This document shows positions 18,591 to 37,935 of a stretch of 64,000 nt of DNA, in pieces; the first letter of the stretch is position 1, and each line of letters begins with the position of its first letter. A program made the translations under genes and the position numbers. Location: NCBI RefSeq assembly GCF_009914755.1, contig NC_060948.1; one strand, given 5' to 3'. This DNA is from the human T2T-CHM13v2.0 reference genome, Homo sapiens. The notes under the pieces were generated by a model, which made no database searches, was not told the origin of the DNA, and saw nothing but the letters and a program-made list of their open reading frames with translations.

Positions 18591-20718
18591 AGATCCATAT
18601 TTTTTAAATGAAAAAAAATTTCAAAGGTACTCTGCTTGGTACAATAATCAAATGTATAAACTGAGGAATAAAACATAACCATGAAACCTACTTATAACTG
18701 CATATGGAAAATACAGAGGATAATTTTTTAAATAACATATTTTGAAAGCCTTAACTAGTAATTTGAAGAGTTGGCATTTGAAAGGCCAGTATGAATATAC
18801 ATTCAAAGCAGCAACACAGGTTCCCCATGAGAAAAAGCAAACTCAGGGAAAATAAAACCACAAAGGTTCAATCTCTTCTGACCTTTGAAAGACACAGCAC
18901 AGACAGTGGTCCTTAGGACGAAGAGCAGGAGACCCCTAATTCCGTCACCATGGCGATAGGGCATAAACATTGCTGGGTGAGGGCACAATCCACATTGTGA
19001 GGTCCAACTGCTGCCAGGAAGACAGGAGTGCTTTTACATAGACCGAAAGGTCATTGAAGGCTCAGAGTTTTGTTTCAAGAACTGAATCCCAAGCCCACAC
19101 GTTATTAGGCTGCGCTTCTTAAAACAAGTTATGAGATGGGAAAAAGGGCACCCACAAACATACGTATACATTATGTATATAATAATATACAGTATCATAT
19201 ATATAATATATATAACCTATGTATAATATTGTTTTACATCCTGCATCTTATATTATATATATTGTATAAAATATAATAATTGATAATATATAAGTTTTAT
19301 ATTTATACAATATGACATATAGTATATATTATAATTTATGACATATATTATATATGTTATATATCATATATAGAATATATTATACGGTTAATATACGTAT
19401 TAAATATAAATTATACATTATATATATTATATATAATATATCTGCTATATATAATACCCATTATGCATAATATATATATTATGTCTATGTTATGTATAGT
19501 ATAAAACAACATATAATAATATATAATTGTATATATAAAATGCGACATATAATATATATTATATTTTATGACATATGTAATATATATTATATATTATATA
19601 TAATACGTTGTATGTATAATACCTATATTAAATTTATATTATATGACTATGTTATTAATTACATGTCACATATGTTATATATTATATATTTTACATAGAA
19701 TGTACCGGTTACATACAATATATACTATGTTACCTATAATGTATAATTTATTACATGTAAAATAAAGAATGCAATATATTATGTATAATTTATAATATAC
19801 AATATGTGGAATGTGATATATATAACATATAATATATGATATATGATATACAGTATATGATATATAACATACAATATATGATACCTAACATATATGGTAT
19901 ACAATATATATTTTATGATATGTATTCTCCATGTTTTATATTCTGTTATATATAACTATTTGAAATTATATATAACTTTGTAATATTTTATGTAAATATG
20001 TAATATAATATATATAACTATATAATATATTATATATAACTATATATTATGTTATATATACTTTTATAACATAATTTACATAAAATATCATAATATAATA
20101 TATATTATATTATTTCATATTACATAATATATATTACATATCACCCAATATAAGTAACATACATAATATTATAATATAGATTATATTATGTTATAGTAAA
20201 TATCATATATATCATGTGTCATATATTCTATAATATATATTATACATTATATAATATGTATGTTGTCTATTATGTGATATATATAACTATATATATAATT
20301 ATATTATTATACATATAACTAGATAAATATGTAATTCTACATATTTTCATTTATACTATATAGAATTATATAATCATATATAATTATTTATATTCTATAA
20401 AAAATTATATCATTATATAAATTATAATATATAAAAATTATAATATGTACTACAAATATATATATTATATATCATATATGATATAGTACCTTTGTTATAT
20501 ATCATAATACATATAAATGTGTATTATGTTATCTATAATTATATAATTTCATATATAAGATGTATAATATGTGTTATATATTATATATGTTATGTAATAA
20601 ATATAGTATATATAAGATGACACAGGATAAATATTATATACTATGACATACAAAATATATGAGGTTATATGTTACATATAAGGCATAGCACATAACATGT
20701 AATATATATCATCTATAA

Positions 20719-21010
<292 letters not shown>

Positions 21011-23113
21011 AGATCCATATTTTTTAAATGAAAAAAAATTTCAAAGGTACTCTGCTTGGTACAATAATCAAATGTATAAACTGAGGAATAAAACATAACC
21101 ATGAAACCTACTTATAACTGCATATGGAAAATACAGAGGATAATTTTTTAAATAACATATTTTGAAAGCCTTAACTAGTAATTTGAAGACTTGGCATTTG
21201 AAAGGCCAGTATGAATATACCTTCAAAGCAGCAACACAGGTTCCCCATGAGAAAAAGCAAACTCAGGGAAAATAAAACCACAAAGGTTCAATCTCTTCTG
21301 ACCTTTGAAAGACACAGCACAGACAGTGGTCCTTAGGACGAAGAGCAGGAGACCCCTAATTCCGTCACCATGGCGATAGGGCATAAACATTGCTGGGTGA
21401 GGGCACAATCCACATTGTGAGGTCCAACTGCTGCCAGGAAGACAGGAGTGCTTTTACATAGACCGAAAGGTCATTGAAGGCTCAGAGTTTTGTTTCAAGA
21501 ACTGAATCCCAAGCCCACACGTTATTAGGCTGCGCTTCTTAAAACAAGTTATGAGATGGGAAAAAGGGCACCCACAAACATACGTATACATTATGTATAT
21601 AATAATATACAGTATCATATATATAATATATATAACCTATGTATAATATTGTTTTACATCCTGCATCTTATATTATGTATATTGTATAAAATATAATAAT
21701 TGATAATATATAAGTTTTATATTTATACAATATGACATATAGTATATATTATAATTTATGACATATATTATATATGTTATATATCATATATAGAATATAT
21801 TATACGGTTAATATACGCATTAAATATAAATTATACATTATATATATTATATATAATATATCTGCTATATATAATACCCATTATGCATAATATATATATT
21901 ATGTCTATGTTATATATAGTATAAAACAACATATAATAATATATAATTATATATATAAAATGCGACATATAATATATATTATATTTTATGACATATGTAA
22001 TATATATTATATATTATATATAATACGTTGTATGTATAATACCTATATTAAATATATATTATATGACTATGTTATTAATTACATGTCACATATGTTATAT
22101 ATTATATATTTTACATAGAATGTACCGGTTACATACAATATATACTATGTTACCTATAATGTATAATTTATTACATGTAAAATAAAGAATGCAATATATT
22201 ATGTATAATTTATAATATACAATATGTGGAATGTGATATATATAACATATAATATATGATATATGATATACAGTATGTGATATATAACCTACAATATATG
22301 ATACCTAACATATATGGTATACAATATATATTTTATGATATGTATTCTCTATGTTTTATATTCTGTTATATATAACTATTTGATATTATATATAACTGTG
22401 TAATATTTTATGTAAATATGTAATATAATATATATAACTATATAATATATTATATATAACTATATATTATGTTATATATACTTTTATAACATAATTTACA
22501 TAAAATATCATAATATAATATATATTATATTATTTCATATTACATAATATATATTACATATCACCCAATATAAGTAACATACATAATATTATAATATAGA
22601 TTATATTATGTTATATTAAATCTCATATATATCATGTATCATATATTCTATAATATATATTATACATTATATAATATGTATGTTGTCTATTATGTGATAT
22701 ATATAACTATATATATAATTATATTATTATACATATAACTAGATAAACATGTAATTCTACATGTTTTCATTTATAATATATAGAATTATATAATCATATA
22801 TAATTATTTATATTCTATAAAAAATTATATCATTATATAAATTATAATATATAAAAATTATAATATGTACTACAAATATATATTATATATCATATATGAT
22901 ATAGTACCTTTGTTATATATCATAATACACATAAATGTGTATTATGTTATCTATAATTATATAATTTCATATATAAGATGTATAATATGTGTTATATATT
23001 ATATATGTTATGTAATATATATAGTATATATAAGATGACACAGGATAAATATTATATACTATGACATACAAAATATATGAGGTTATATGTTACATATAAG
23101 GCATAGCACATAA

Positions 23114-23428
<315 letters not shown>

Positions 23429-25531
23429 AGATCCATATTTTGTAAATGAAAAAAAATTTCAAAGGTACTCTGCTTGGTACAATAATCAAATGTATAAACT
23501 GAGGAATAAAACATAACCATGAAACCTACTTATAACTGCATATGGAAAATACAGAGGATAATTTTTTAAATAACATATTTTGAAAGCCTTAACTAGTAAT
23601 TTGAAGAGGTGGCATTTGAAAGGCCAGTATGAATATACCTTCAAAGCAGCAACACAGGTTCCCCATGAGAAAAAGCAAACTCAGGGAAAATAAAACCACA
23701 AAGGTTCAATCTCTTCTGACCTTTGAAAGACACAGCACAGACAGTGGTCCTTAGGACGAAGAGCAGGAGACCCCTAATTCCGTCACCATGGCGATAGGGC
23801 ATAAACATTGCTGGGTGAGGGCACAATCCACATTGTGAGGTCCAACTGCTGCCAGGAAGACAGGAGTGCTTTTACATAGACCGAAAGGTCATTGAAGGCT
23901 CAGAGTTTTGTTTCAAGAACTGAATCCCAAGCCCACACGTTATTAGGCTGCGCTTCTTAAAACAAGTTATGAGATGGGAAAAAGGGCACCCACAAACATA
24001 CGTATACATTATGTATATAATAATATACAGTATCATATATATAATATATATAACCTATGTATAATATTGTTTTACATCCTGCATCTTATATTATGTATAT
24101 TGTATAAAATATAATAATTGATAATATATAAGTTTTATATTTATACAATATGACATATAGTATATATTATAATTTATGACATATATTATATATGTTATAT
24201 ATCATATATAGAATATATTATACGGTTAATATACGTATTAAATATAAATTATACATTATATATATTATATATAATATATCTGCTATATATAATACCCATT
24301 ATGCATAATATATATATTATGTCTATGTTATATATAGTATAAAACAACATATAATAATATATAATTGTATATATAAAATGCGACATATAATATATATTAT
24401 ATTTTATGACATATGTAATATATATTATATATTATATATAATACGTTGTATGTATAATACCTATATTAAATATATATTATATGACTATGTTATTAATTAC
24501 ATGTCACATATGTTATATATTATATATTTTACATAGAATGTACCGGTTACATACAATATATACTATGTTACCTATAATGTATAATTTATTACATGTAAAA
24601 TAAAGAATGCAATATATTATGTATAATTTATAATATACAATATGTGGAATGTGATATATATAACATATAATATATGATATATGATATACAGTATGTGATA
24701 TATAACCTACAATATATGATACCTAACATATATGGTATACAATATATATTTTATGATATGTATTCTCTATGTTTTATATTCTCTTATATATAACTATTTG
24801 ATATTATATATAACTGTGTAATATTTTATGTAAATATGTAATATAATATATATAACTATATAATATATTATATATAACTATATATTATGTTATATATACT
24901 TTTATAACATAATTTACATAAAATATCATAATATAATATATATTATATTATTTCATATTACATAATATATATTACATATCACCCAATATAAGTAACATAC
25001 ATAATATTATAATATAGATTATATTATGTTATATTAAATCTCATATATATCATGTATCATATATTCTATAATATATATTATACATTATATAATATGTATG
25101 TTGTCTATTATGTGATATATATAACTATATATATAATTATATTATTATACATATAACTAGATAAACATGTAATTCTACATGTTTTCATTTATAATATATA
25201 GAATTATATAATCATATATAATTATTTATATTCTATAAAAAATTATATCATTATATAAATTATAATATATAAAAATTATAATATGTACTACAAATATATA
25301 TTATATATCATATATGATATAGTACCTTTGTTATATATCATAATACACATAAATGTGTATTATGTTATCTATAATTATATAATTTCATATATAAGATGTA
25401 TAATATGTGTTATATATTATATATGTTATGTAATATATATAGTATATATAAGATGACACAGGATAAATATTATATACTATGACATACAAAATATATGAGG
25501 TTATATGTTACATATAAGGCATAGCACATAA

Positions 25532-25846
<315 letters not shown>

Positions 25847-27974
25847 AGATCCATATTTTTTAAATGAAAAAAAATTTCAAAGGTACTCTGCTTGGTACAA
25901 TAATCAAATGTATAAACTGAGGAATAAAACATAACCATGAAACCTACTTATAACTGCATATGGAAAATACAGAGGATAATTTTTTAAATAACATATTTTG
26001 AAAGCCTTAACTAGTAATTTGAAGAGGTGGCATTTGAAAGGCCAGTATGAATATACCTTCAAAGCAGCAACACAGGTTCCCCATGAGAAAAAGCAAACTC
26101 AGGGAAAATAAAACCACAAAGGTTCAATCTCTTCTGACCTTTGAAAGACACAGCACAGACAGTGGTCCTTAGGACGAAGAGCAGGAGACCCCTAATTCCG
26201 TCACCATGGCGATAGGGCATAAACATTGCTGGGTGAGGGCACAATCCACATTGTGAGGTCCAACTGCTGCCAGGAAGACAGGAGTGCTTTTACATAGACC
26301 GAAAGGTCATTGAAGGCTCAGAGTTTTGTTTCAAGAACTGAATCCCAAGCCCACACGTTATTAGGCTGCGCTTCTTAAAACAAGTTATGAGATGGGAAAA
26401 AGGGCACCCACAAACATACGTATACATTATGTATATAATAATATACAGTATCATATATATAATATATATAACCTATGTATAATATTGTTTTACATCCTGC
26501 ATCTTATATTATGTATATTGTATAAAATATAATAATTGATAATATATAAGTTTTATATTTATACAATATGACATATAGTATATATTATAATTTATGACAT
26601 ATATTATATATGTTATATATCATATATAGAATATATTATACGGTTAATATACGTATTAAATATAAATTATACATTATATATATTATATATAATATATCTG
26701 CTATATATAATACCCATTATGCATAATATATATATTATGTCTATGTTATATATAGTATAAAACAACATATAATAATATATAATTGTATATATAAAATGCG
26801 ACATATAATATATATTATATTTTATGACATATGTAATATATATTATATATTATATATAATACGTTGTATGTATAATACCTATATTAAATTTATATTATAT
26901 GACTATGTTATTAATTACATGTCACATATGTTATATATTATATATTTTACATAGAATGTACCGGTTACATACAATATATACTATGTTACCTATAATGTAT
27001 AATTTATTACATGTAAAATAAAGAATGCAATATATTATGTATAATTTATAATATACAATATGTGGAATGTGATATATATAACATATAATATATGATATAT
27101 GATATACAGTATATGATATATAACCTATAATATATGATACCTAACATATATGGTATACAATATATATTTTATGATATGTATTCTCTATGTTTTATATTCT
27201 CTTATATATAACTATTTGAAATTATATATAACTGTGTAATATTTTATGTAAATATGTAATATAATATATATAACTATATAATATATTATATATAACTATA
27301 TATTATGTTATATATACTTTTATAACATAATTTACATAAAATATCATAATATAATATATATTATATTATTTCATATTACATAATATATATTACATATCAC
27401 CCAATATAAGTAACATACATAATATTATAATATAGATTATATTATGTTATATTAAATATCATATATATCATGTATCATATATTCTATAATATATATTATA
27501 CATTATATAATATGTATGTTGTCTATTATGTGATATATATAACTATATATATAATTATATTATTATACATATAACTAGATAAACATGTAATTCTACATGT
27601 TTTCATTTATAATATATAGAATTATATAATCATATATAATTATTTATATTCTATAAAAAATTATATCATTATATAAATTATAATATATAAAAATTATAAT
27701 ATGTACTACAAATATATATATTATATATCATATATGATATAGTACCTTTGTTATATATCATAATACACATAAATGTGTATTATGTTATCTATAATTATAT
27801 AATTTCATATATAAGATGTATAATATGTGTTATATATTATATATGTTATGTAATATATATAGTATATATAAGATGACACAGGATAAATATTATATACTAT
27901 GACATATAAAATATATGAGGTTATATGTTACATATAAGGCATAGCACATAACATGTAATATATATCATCTATAA

Positions 27975-28266
27975 TTTTTTTTTAGACAGAGTCTTGTCCT
28001 GTTGCACAGGGTGGAGTACAATGGCGCCATCTTTGCTCACTGCAACATCTGCCTCACGGGTCCAAGCGATTGTCCTCCATCACCCTCCCAGGTAGCTGGG
28101 ACTACACCACACTGGGACTACACCAGCTGCCACCATGCCTAGCTAATTTTTTGGATTTTTAGTAGTGACAGCGTTTCACTGTATTGGCCAGGATGGTCTT
28201 GATCTCTTCACCTTGTGATCCCCTTGCCTTGGCCTCCAAATTCGCTGGGATTACAGGCCTGAGCCA
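27975..28266 (-). mobile_element. Degenerate Alu, DYZ2 copy 8
   Basis: Same antisense Alu motifs. Confidence 0.92.
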
Positions 28267-30387
28267 AGATCCATATTTTTTAAATGAAAAAAAATTTCAA
28301 AGGTACTCTGCTTGGTACAATAATCAAATGTATAAACTGAGGAATAAAACATAACCATGAAACCTACTTATAACTGCATATGGAAAATACAGAGGATAAT
28401 TTTTTAAATAACATATTTTGAAAGCCTTAACTAGTAATTTGAAGAGTTGGCATTTGACAGGCCAGTATGAATATACCTTCAAAGCAGCAACACAGGTTCC
28501 CCATGAGAAAAAGCAAACTCAGGGAAAATAAAACCACAAAGGTTCAATCTCTTCTGACCTTTGAAAGACACAGCACAGACAGTGGTCCTTAGGACGAAGA
28601 GCAGGAGACCCCTAATTCCGTCACCATGGCGATAGGGCATAAACACTGCTGGGTGAGGGCACAATCCACATTGTGAGGTCCAACTGCTGCCAGGAAGACA
28701 GGAGTGCTTTTACATAGACCGAAAGGTCATTGAAGGCTCAGAGTTTTGTTTCAAGAACTGAATCCCAAGCCCACACGTTATTAGGCTGCGCTTCTTAAAA
28801 CAAGTTATGAGATGGGAAAAAGGGCACCCACAAACATACGTATACATTATGTATATAATAATATACAGTATCATATATATAATATATATAACCTATGTAT
28901 AATATTGTTTTACATCCTGCATCTTATATTATATATATTGTGTAAAATATAATAATTGATAATATATAAGTTTTATATTTATACCATATGACATATAGTA
29001 TATATTATAATTTCTGACATATATAATATATGTTATATATAATATATAGAAAATATTATACGGTTAATATACGTATTAAATATAAATTATACATTATATA
29101 TATTATATAAAATATATCTGCTATATATAATACCCATTATGCATAATATATATATTATGTCTATGTTATGTATAGTATAAAACAACATATAATAATATAT
29201 AATTGTATATATAAAATGCGACATATAATATATATTATATTTTATGACATCTGTAATATATATTATATATTATATATAATACGTTGTATGTATAATACCT
29301 ATATTAATTATATATTATATGACTATGTTATTAATTACATGTCACATATGTTATATATTATATATTTTACAAAGAATATACCGGTTACATACAATATATA
29401 CTATGTTACCTATAAGGTATAATTTATTACATGTAAAATAAAGAATGCAATATATTATGTGTAATTTATAATATACAATATGTGGAATGTGATATATATA
29501 ACATATAATATATGATATATGATATACAGTATATGATATATAACATACAATATATGATACCTAATATATATGGTATACAATATATATTTTATGATATGTA
29601 TTCTATATGTTTTATATTCTGTTATATATAACTATTTGAAATTATATATAACTGTATAATATTTTATGTAAATATGTAATATAATATATATAACTATATA
29701 ATATATTATATATAACTATATATTATGTTATATATACTTTTATAACTTAATTTACATAAAATATCATAGTATAATATATATTATATTACTTCATATTACA
29801 TAATATATATTACATATCACCCAATATAAGTAACATACATAATATTATAATATACATTATATTATGTTATATTAAATATCATATATATCATGTATCATAT
29901 ATTCTATAATATATATTATACATTATATAATATGCATGTTGTCTATTATGTGATATATATAACTATATATATAATTATATTATTATACATATATCTAGAT
30001 AAACATGTAATTCTACATATTTTCATTTATAATATATAGAATTACATAATCATATATAATTATATTCTATAAAAATTATATCATTATATAAATTATAATA
30101 TATAAAAATTATAATATGTACTACAAATATATATTATATATCATATATGATATAGTACCTTTGTTATATATCATAATACACATAAATGTGTATTATGTTA
30201 TCTATAATTATATAATTTCATATATAAGATGTATAATATGTGTTATATATTATATATGTTATGTAATATATATAGTATATATAAGATGACACAGGATAAA
30301 TATTATATACTATGACATATAAAATATATGAGGTTATATGTTACATATAAGGCATAGCACATAACATGTAATATATATCATCTATAA

Positions 30388-30679
30388 TTTTTTTTTAGAC
30401 AGAGTCTTGTCCTGTTGCACAGGGTGGAGTACAATGGCGCCATCTTTGCTCACTGCAACATCTGCCTCACGGGTCCAAGCGATTGTCCTCCATCACCCTC
30501 CCAGGTAGCTGGGACTACACCACACTGGGACTACACCAGCTGCCACCATGCCTAGCTAATTTTTTGGATTTTTAGTAGTGACAGCGTTTCACTGTATTGG
30601 CCAGGATGGTCTTGATCTCTTCACCTTGTGATCCCCTTGCCTTGGCCTCCAAATTCGCTGGGATTACAGGCCTGAGCCA
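30388..30679 (-). mobile_element. Degenerate Alu, DYZ2 copy 9
   Basis: Same antisense Alu motifs. Confidence 0.92.
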
Positions 30680-32780
30680 AGATCCATATTTTTTAAATGA
30701 AAAAAAATTTCAAAGGTACTCTGCTTGGTACAATAATCAAATGTATAAACTGAGGAATAAAACATAACCATGAAACCTACTTATAACTGCATATGGAAAA
30801 TACAGAGGATTATTTTTTAAATAACATATTTTGAAAGCCTTAACTAGTAATTTGAAGAGTTGGCATTTGACAGGCCAGTATGAATATACCTTCAAAGCAG
30901 CAACACAGGTTCCCCATGAGAAAAAGCAAACTCAGGGAAAATAAAACCACAAAGGTTCAATCTCTTCTGACCTTTGAAAGACACAGCACAGACAGTGGTC
31001 CTTAGGACGAAGAGCAGGAGACCCCTAATTCCGTCACCATGGCGATAGGGCATAAACACTGCTGGGTGAGGGCACAATCCACATTGTGAGGTCCAACTGC
31101 TGCCAGGAAGACAGGAGTGCTTTTACATAGACCGAAAGGTCATTGAAGGCTCAGAGTTTTGTTTCAAGAACTGAATCCCAAGCCCACACGTTATTAGGCT
31201 GCGCTTCTTAAAACAAGTTATGAGATGGGAAAAAGGGCACCCACAAACATACGTATACATTATGTATATAATAATATACAGTATCATATATATAATATAT
31301 ATAACCTATGTATAATATTGTTTTACATCCTGCATCTTATATTATATATATTGTGTAAAATATAATAATTGATAATATATAAGTTTTATATTTATACCAT
31401 ATGACATATAGTATATATTATAATTTCTGACATATATAATATATGTTATATATAATATATAGAAAATATTATACGGTTAATATACGTATTAAATATAAAT
31501 TATACATTATATATATTATATAAAATATATCTGCTATATATAATACCCATTATGCATAATATATATATTATGTCTATGTTATGTATAGTATAAAACAACA
31601 TATAATAATATATAATTGTATATATAAAATGCGACATATAATATATATTATATTTTATGACATCTGTAATATATATTATATATTATATATAATACGTTGT
31701 ATGTATAATACCTATATTAAATATATATTATATGACTATGTTATTAATTACATGTCACATATGTTATATATTATATATTTTACAAAGAATATACCGGTTA
31801 CATACAATATATACTATGATACCTATAATGTATAATTTATTACATGTAAAATAAAGAATGCAATACATTATGTGTAATTTATAATATACAATATGTGGAA
31901 TGTGATATATATAACATATAATATATGATATATGATATACAGTATATGATATATAACATACAATATATGATAACTAATATATATGGTATACAATATATAT
32001 TTTATGATATGTATTCTATATGTTTTATATTCTGTTATATATAACTATTTGAAATTATATATAACTGTATAATATTTTATGTAAATATGTAATATAATAT
32101 ATATAACTATATAATATATTATATATAACTATATATTATGTTATATATACTTTTATAACTTAATTTACATAAAATATCATAGTATAATATATATTATATT
32201 ACTTCATATTACATAATATATATTACATATCACCCAATATAAGTAACATACATAATATTATAATATACATTATATTATGTTATATTAAATATCATATATA
32301 TCATGTATCATATATTCTATAATATATATTATACATTATATAATATGCATGTTGTCTATTATGTGATATATATAACTATATATATAATTATATTATTATA
32401 CATATATCTAGATAAACATGTAATTCTACATATTTTCATTTATAATATATAGAATTACATAATCATATATAATTATATTCTATAAAAAATTATATCGTTA
32501 TATAAATTATAATATATAAAAATTATAATATGTACTACAAATATATATATTATATATCATATATGATATAGTACCTTTGTTATATATCATAATACATATA
32601 AATGTGTATTATGTTATCTATAATTATATAATTTCATATATAAGATGTATAATATTTATTATATATTATAAATGTTATGTAATATATATAGTATATATAA
32701 GATGACACAGGATAAATATTATATACTATGGCATATAAAATATATGAGGTTATATGTTACATATAAGGCATAGCACATAA

Positions 32781-33095
<315 letters not shown>

Positions 33096-35200
33096 AGATC
33101 CATATTTTTTAAATGAAAAAAAATTTCAAAGGTACTCTGCTTGGTACAATAATCAAATGTATAAACTGAGGAATAAAACATAACCATGAAACCTACTTAT
33201 AACTGCATATGGAAAATACAGAGGATAATTTTTTAAATAACATATTTTGAAAGCCTTAACTAGTAATTTGAAGACTTGGCATTTGAAAGGCCAGTATGAA
33301 TATACCTTCAAAGCAGCAACACAGGTTCCCCATGAGAAAAAGCAAACTCAGGGAAAATAAAACCACAAAGGTTCAATCTCTTCTGACCTTTGAAAGACAC
33401 AGCACAGACAGTGGTCCTTAGGACGAAGAGCAGGAGACCCCTAATTCCGTCACCATGGCGATAGGGCATAAACACTGCTGGGTGAGGGCACAATCCACAT
33501 TGTGAGGTCCAACTGCTGCCAGGAAGACAGGAGTGCTTTTACATAGACCGAAAGGTCATTGAAGGCTCAGAGTTTTGTTTCAAGAACTGAATCCCAAGCC
33601 CACACGTTATTAGGCTGCGCTTCTTAAAACAAGTTATGAGATGGGAAAAAGGGCACCCACAAACATACGTATACATTATGTATATAATAATATACAGTAT
33701 CATATATATAATATATATAACCTATGTATAATATTGTTTTACATCCTGCATCTTATATTATATATATTGTGTAAAATATAATAATTGATAATATATAAGT
33801 TTTATATTTATACAATATGACATATAGTATATATTATAATTTATGACATATATAATATATGTTATATATCATATATAGAATATATTATACGGTTAATATA
33901 CGTATTAAATATAAATTATACATTATATATATTATATATAATATATCTGCTATATATAATACCCATTATGCATAATATATATATTATGTCTATGTTATGT
34001 ATAGTATAAAACAACATATAATAATATATAATTGTATATATAAAATGCGACATATAATATATATTATATTTTATGACATCTGTAATATATATTATATATT
34101 TTATATAATACGTTGTATGTATAATACCTATATTAAATATATATTATATGACTATGTTATTAATTACATGTCACATATGTTATATATTATATATTTTACA
34201 TAGAATATACCGGTTACATACAATATATACTATGTTACCTATAATGTATAATTTATTACATGTAAAATAAAGAATGCAATATATTATGTGTAATTTATAA
34301 TATACAATATGTGGAATGTGATATATATAACATATAATATATGATATATGATATACAGTATATGATATATAACATACAATATATGATACCTAATATATAT
34401 GGTATAGAATATATATTTTATGATATGTATTCTATATGTTTTATATTCTGTTATATATAACTATTTCAAATTATATATAACTGTATAATATTTTATGTAA
34501 ATATGTAATATAATATATATAACTATATAATATATTATATATAACTATATATTATGTTATATATACTTTTATAACTTTATTTACATAAAATATCATAGTA
34601 TAATATATATTATATTACTTCATATTACATAATATATATTACATATCACCCAATATAAGTAACATACATAATATTATAATATAGATTATATTATGTTATA
34701 TTAAATATCATATATATCATGTGTCATATATTCTATAATATATATTATACATTATATAATATGTATGTTGTCTATTATGTGATATATATAACTATATATA
34801 TAATTATATTATTATACATATAACTAGATAAATATGTAATTCTACATATTTTCATTTATACTATATAGAATTATATAATCATATATAATTATTTATATTC
34901 TATAAAAAATTATATCATTATATAAATTATAATATATAAAAATTATAACATGTACTACAAATATATATATTATATATCATATATGATATAGTACCTTTGT
35001 TATATATCATAATACATATAAATGTGTATTATGTTATCTATAATTATATAATTTCATATATAAGATGTATAATATGTGTTATATATTATATATGTTATGT
35101 AATATATATAGTATATATAAGATGACACAGGATAAATATTATATACTATGACATACAAAATATATGAGGTTATATGTTACATATAAGGCATAGCACATAA

Positions 35201-35515
<315 letters not shown>

Positions 35516-37643
35516 AAATCCATATTTTTTAAATGAAAAAAAATTTCAAAGGTACTCTGCTTGGTACAATAATCAAATGTATAAACTGAGGAATAAAACA
35601 TAACCATGAAACCTACTTATAACTGCATATGGAAAATACAGAGGATAATTTTTTAAATAACATATTTTGAAAGCCTTAACTAGTAATTTGAAGACTTGGC
35701 ATTTGAAAGGCCAGTATGAATATACCTTCAAAGCAGCAACACAGGTTCCCCATGAGAAAAAGCAAACTCAGGGAAAATAAAACCACAAAGGTTCAATCTC
35801 TTCTGACCTTTGAAAGACACAGCACAGACAGTGGTCCTTAGGACGAAGAGCAGGAGACCCCTAATTCCGTCACCATGGCGATAGGGCATAAACATTGCTG
35901 GGTGAGGGCACAATCCACATTGTGAGGTCCAACTGCTGCCAGGAAGACAGGAGTGCTTTTACATAGACCGAAAGGTCATTGAAGGCTCAGAATTTTGTTT
36001 CAAGAACTGAATCCCAAGCCCACACGTTATTAGGCTGCGCTTCTTAAAACAAGTTATGAGATGGGAAAAAGGGCACCCACAAACATACGTATACATTATG
36101 TATATAATAATATACAGTATCATATATATAATATATATAACCTATGTATAGTATTGTTTTACATCCTGCATCTTATATTATGTATATTGTATAAAATATA
36201 ATAATTGATAATATATAAGTTTTATATTTATACAATATGACATATAGTATATATTATAATTTATGACATATATTATATATGTTATATATCATATATAGAA
36301 TATATTATACGGTTAATATACGCATTAAATATAAATTATACATTATATATATTATATATAATATATCTGCTATATATAATACCCATTATGCATAATATAT
36401 ATATTATGTCTATGTTATATATAGTATAAAACAACATATAATAATATATAATTGTATATATAAAATGCGACATATAATATATATTATATTTTATGACATA
36501 TGTAATATATATTATATATTATATATAATACGTTGTATGTATAATACCTATATTAAATATATATTATATGACTATGTTATTAATTACATGTCACATATGT
36601 TATATATTATATATTTTACATAGAATGTACCGGTTACATACAATATATACTATGTTACCTATAATGTATAATTTATTACATGTAAAATAAAGAATGCAAT
36701 ATATTATGTATAATTTATAATATACAATATGTGGAATGTGATATATATAACATATAATATATGATATATGATATACAGTATGTGATATATAACCTACAAT
36801 ATATGATACCTAACATATATGGTATACAATATATATTTTATGATATGTATTCTCTATGTTTTATATTCTGTTATATATAACTATTTGATATTATATATAA
36901 CTGTGTAATATTTTATGTAAATATGTAATATAATATATATAACTATATAATATATTATATATAACTATATATTATGTTATATATACTTTTATAACATAAT
37001 TTACATAAAATATCATAATATAATATATATTATGTTATTTCATATTACATAATATATATTACATATCACCCAATATAAGTAACATACATAATATTATAAT
37101 ATAGATTATATTATGTTATATTAAATCTCATATATATCATGTATCATATATTCTATAATATATATTATACATTATATAATATGTATGTTGTCTATTATGT
37201 GATATATATAACTATATATATAATTATATTATTATACATATAACTAGATAAACATGTAATTCTACATGTTTTCATTTATAATATATAGAATTATATAATC
37301 ATATATAATTATTTATATTCTATAAAAAATTATATCATTATATAAATTATAATATATAAAAATTATAATATGTACTACAAATATATATATTATATTTCAT
37401 ATATGATATAGTACCTTTGTTATATATCATAATACATATAAATGTGTATTATGTTATCTATAATTATATAATTTCATATATAAGATGTATAATATGTGTT
37501 ATATATTATATATGTTATGTAATATATATAGTATATATAAGATGACACAGGATAAATATTATATACTATGACATATAAAATATATGAGGTTATATGTTAC
37601 ATATAAGGCATAGCACATAACATGTAATATATATCATCTATAA

Positions 37644-37935
<292 letters not shown>

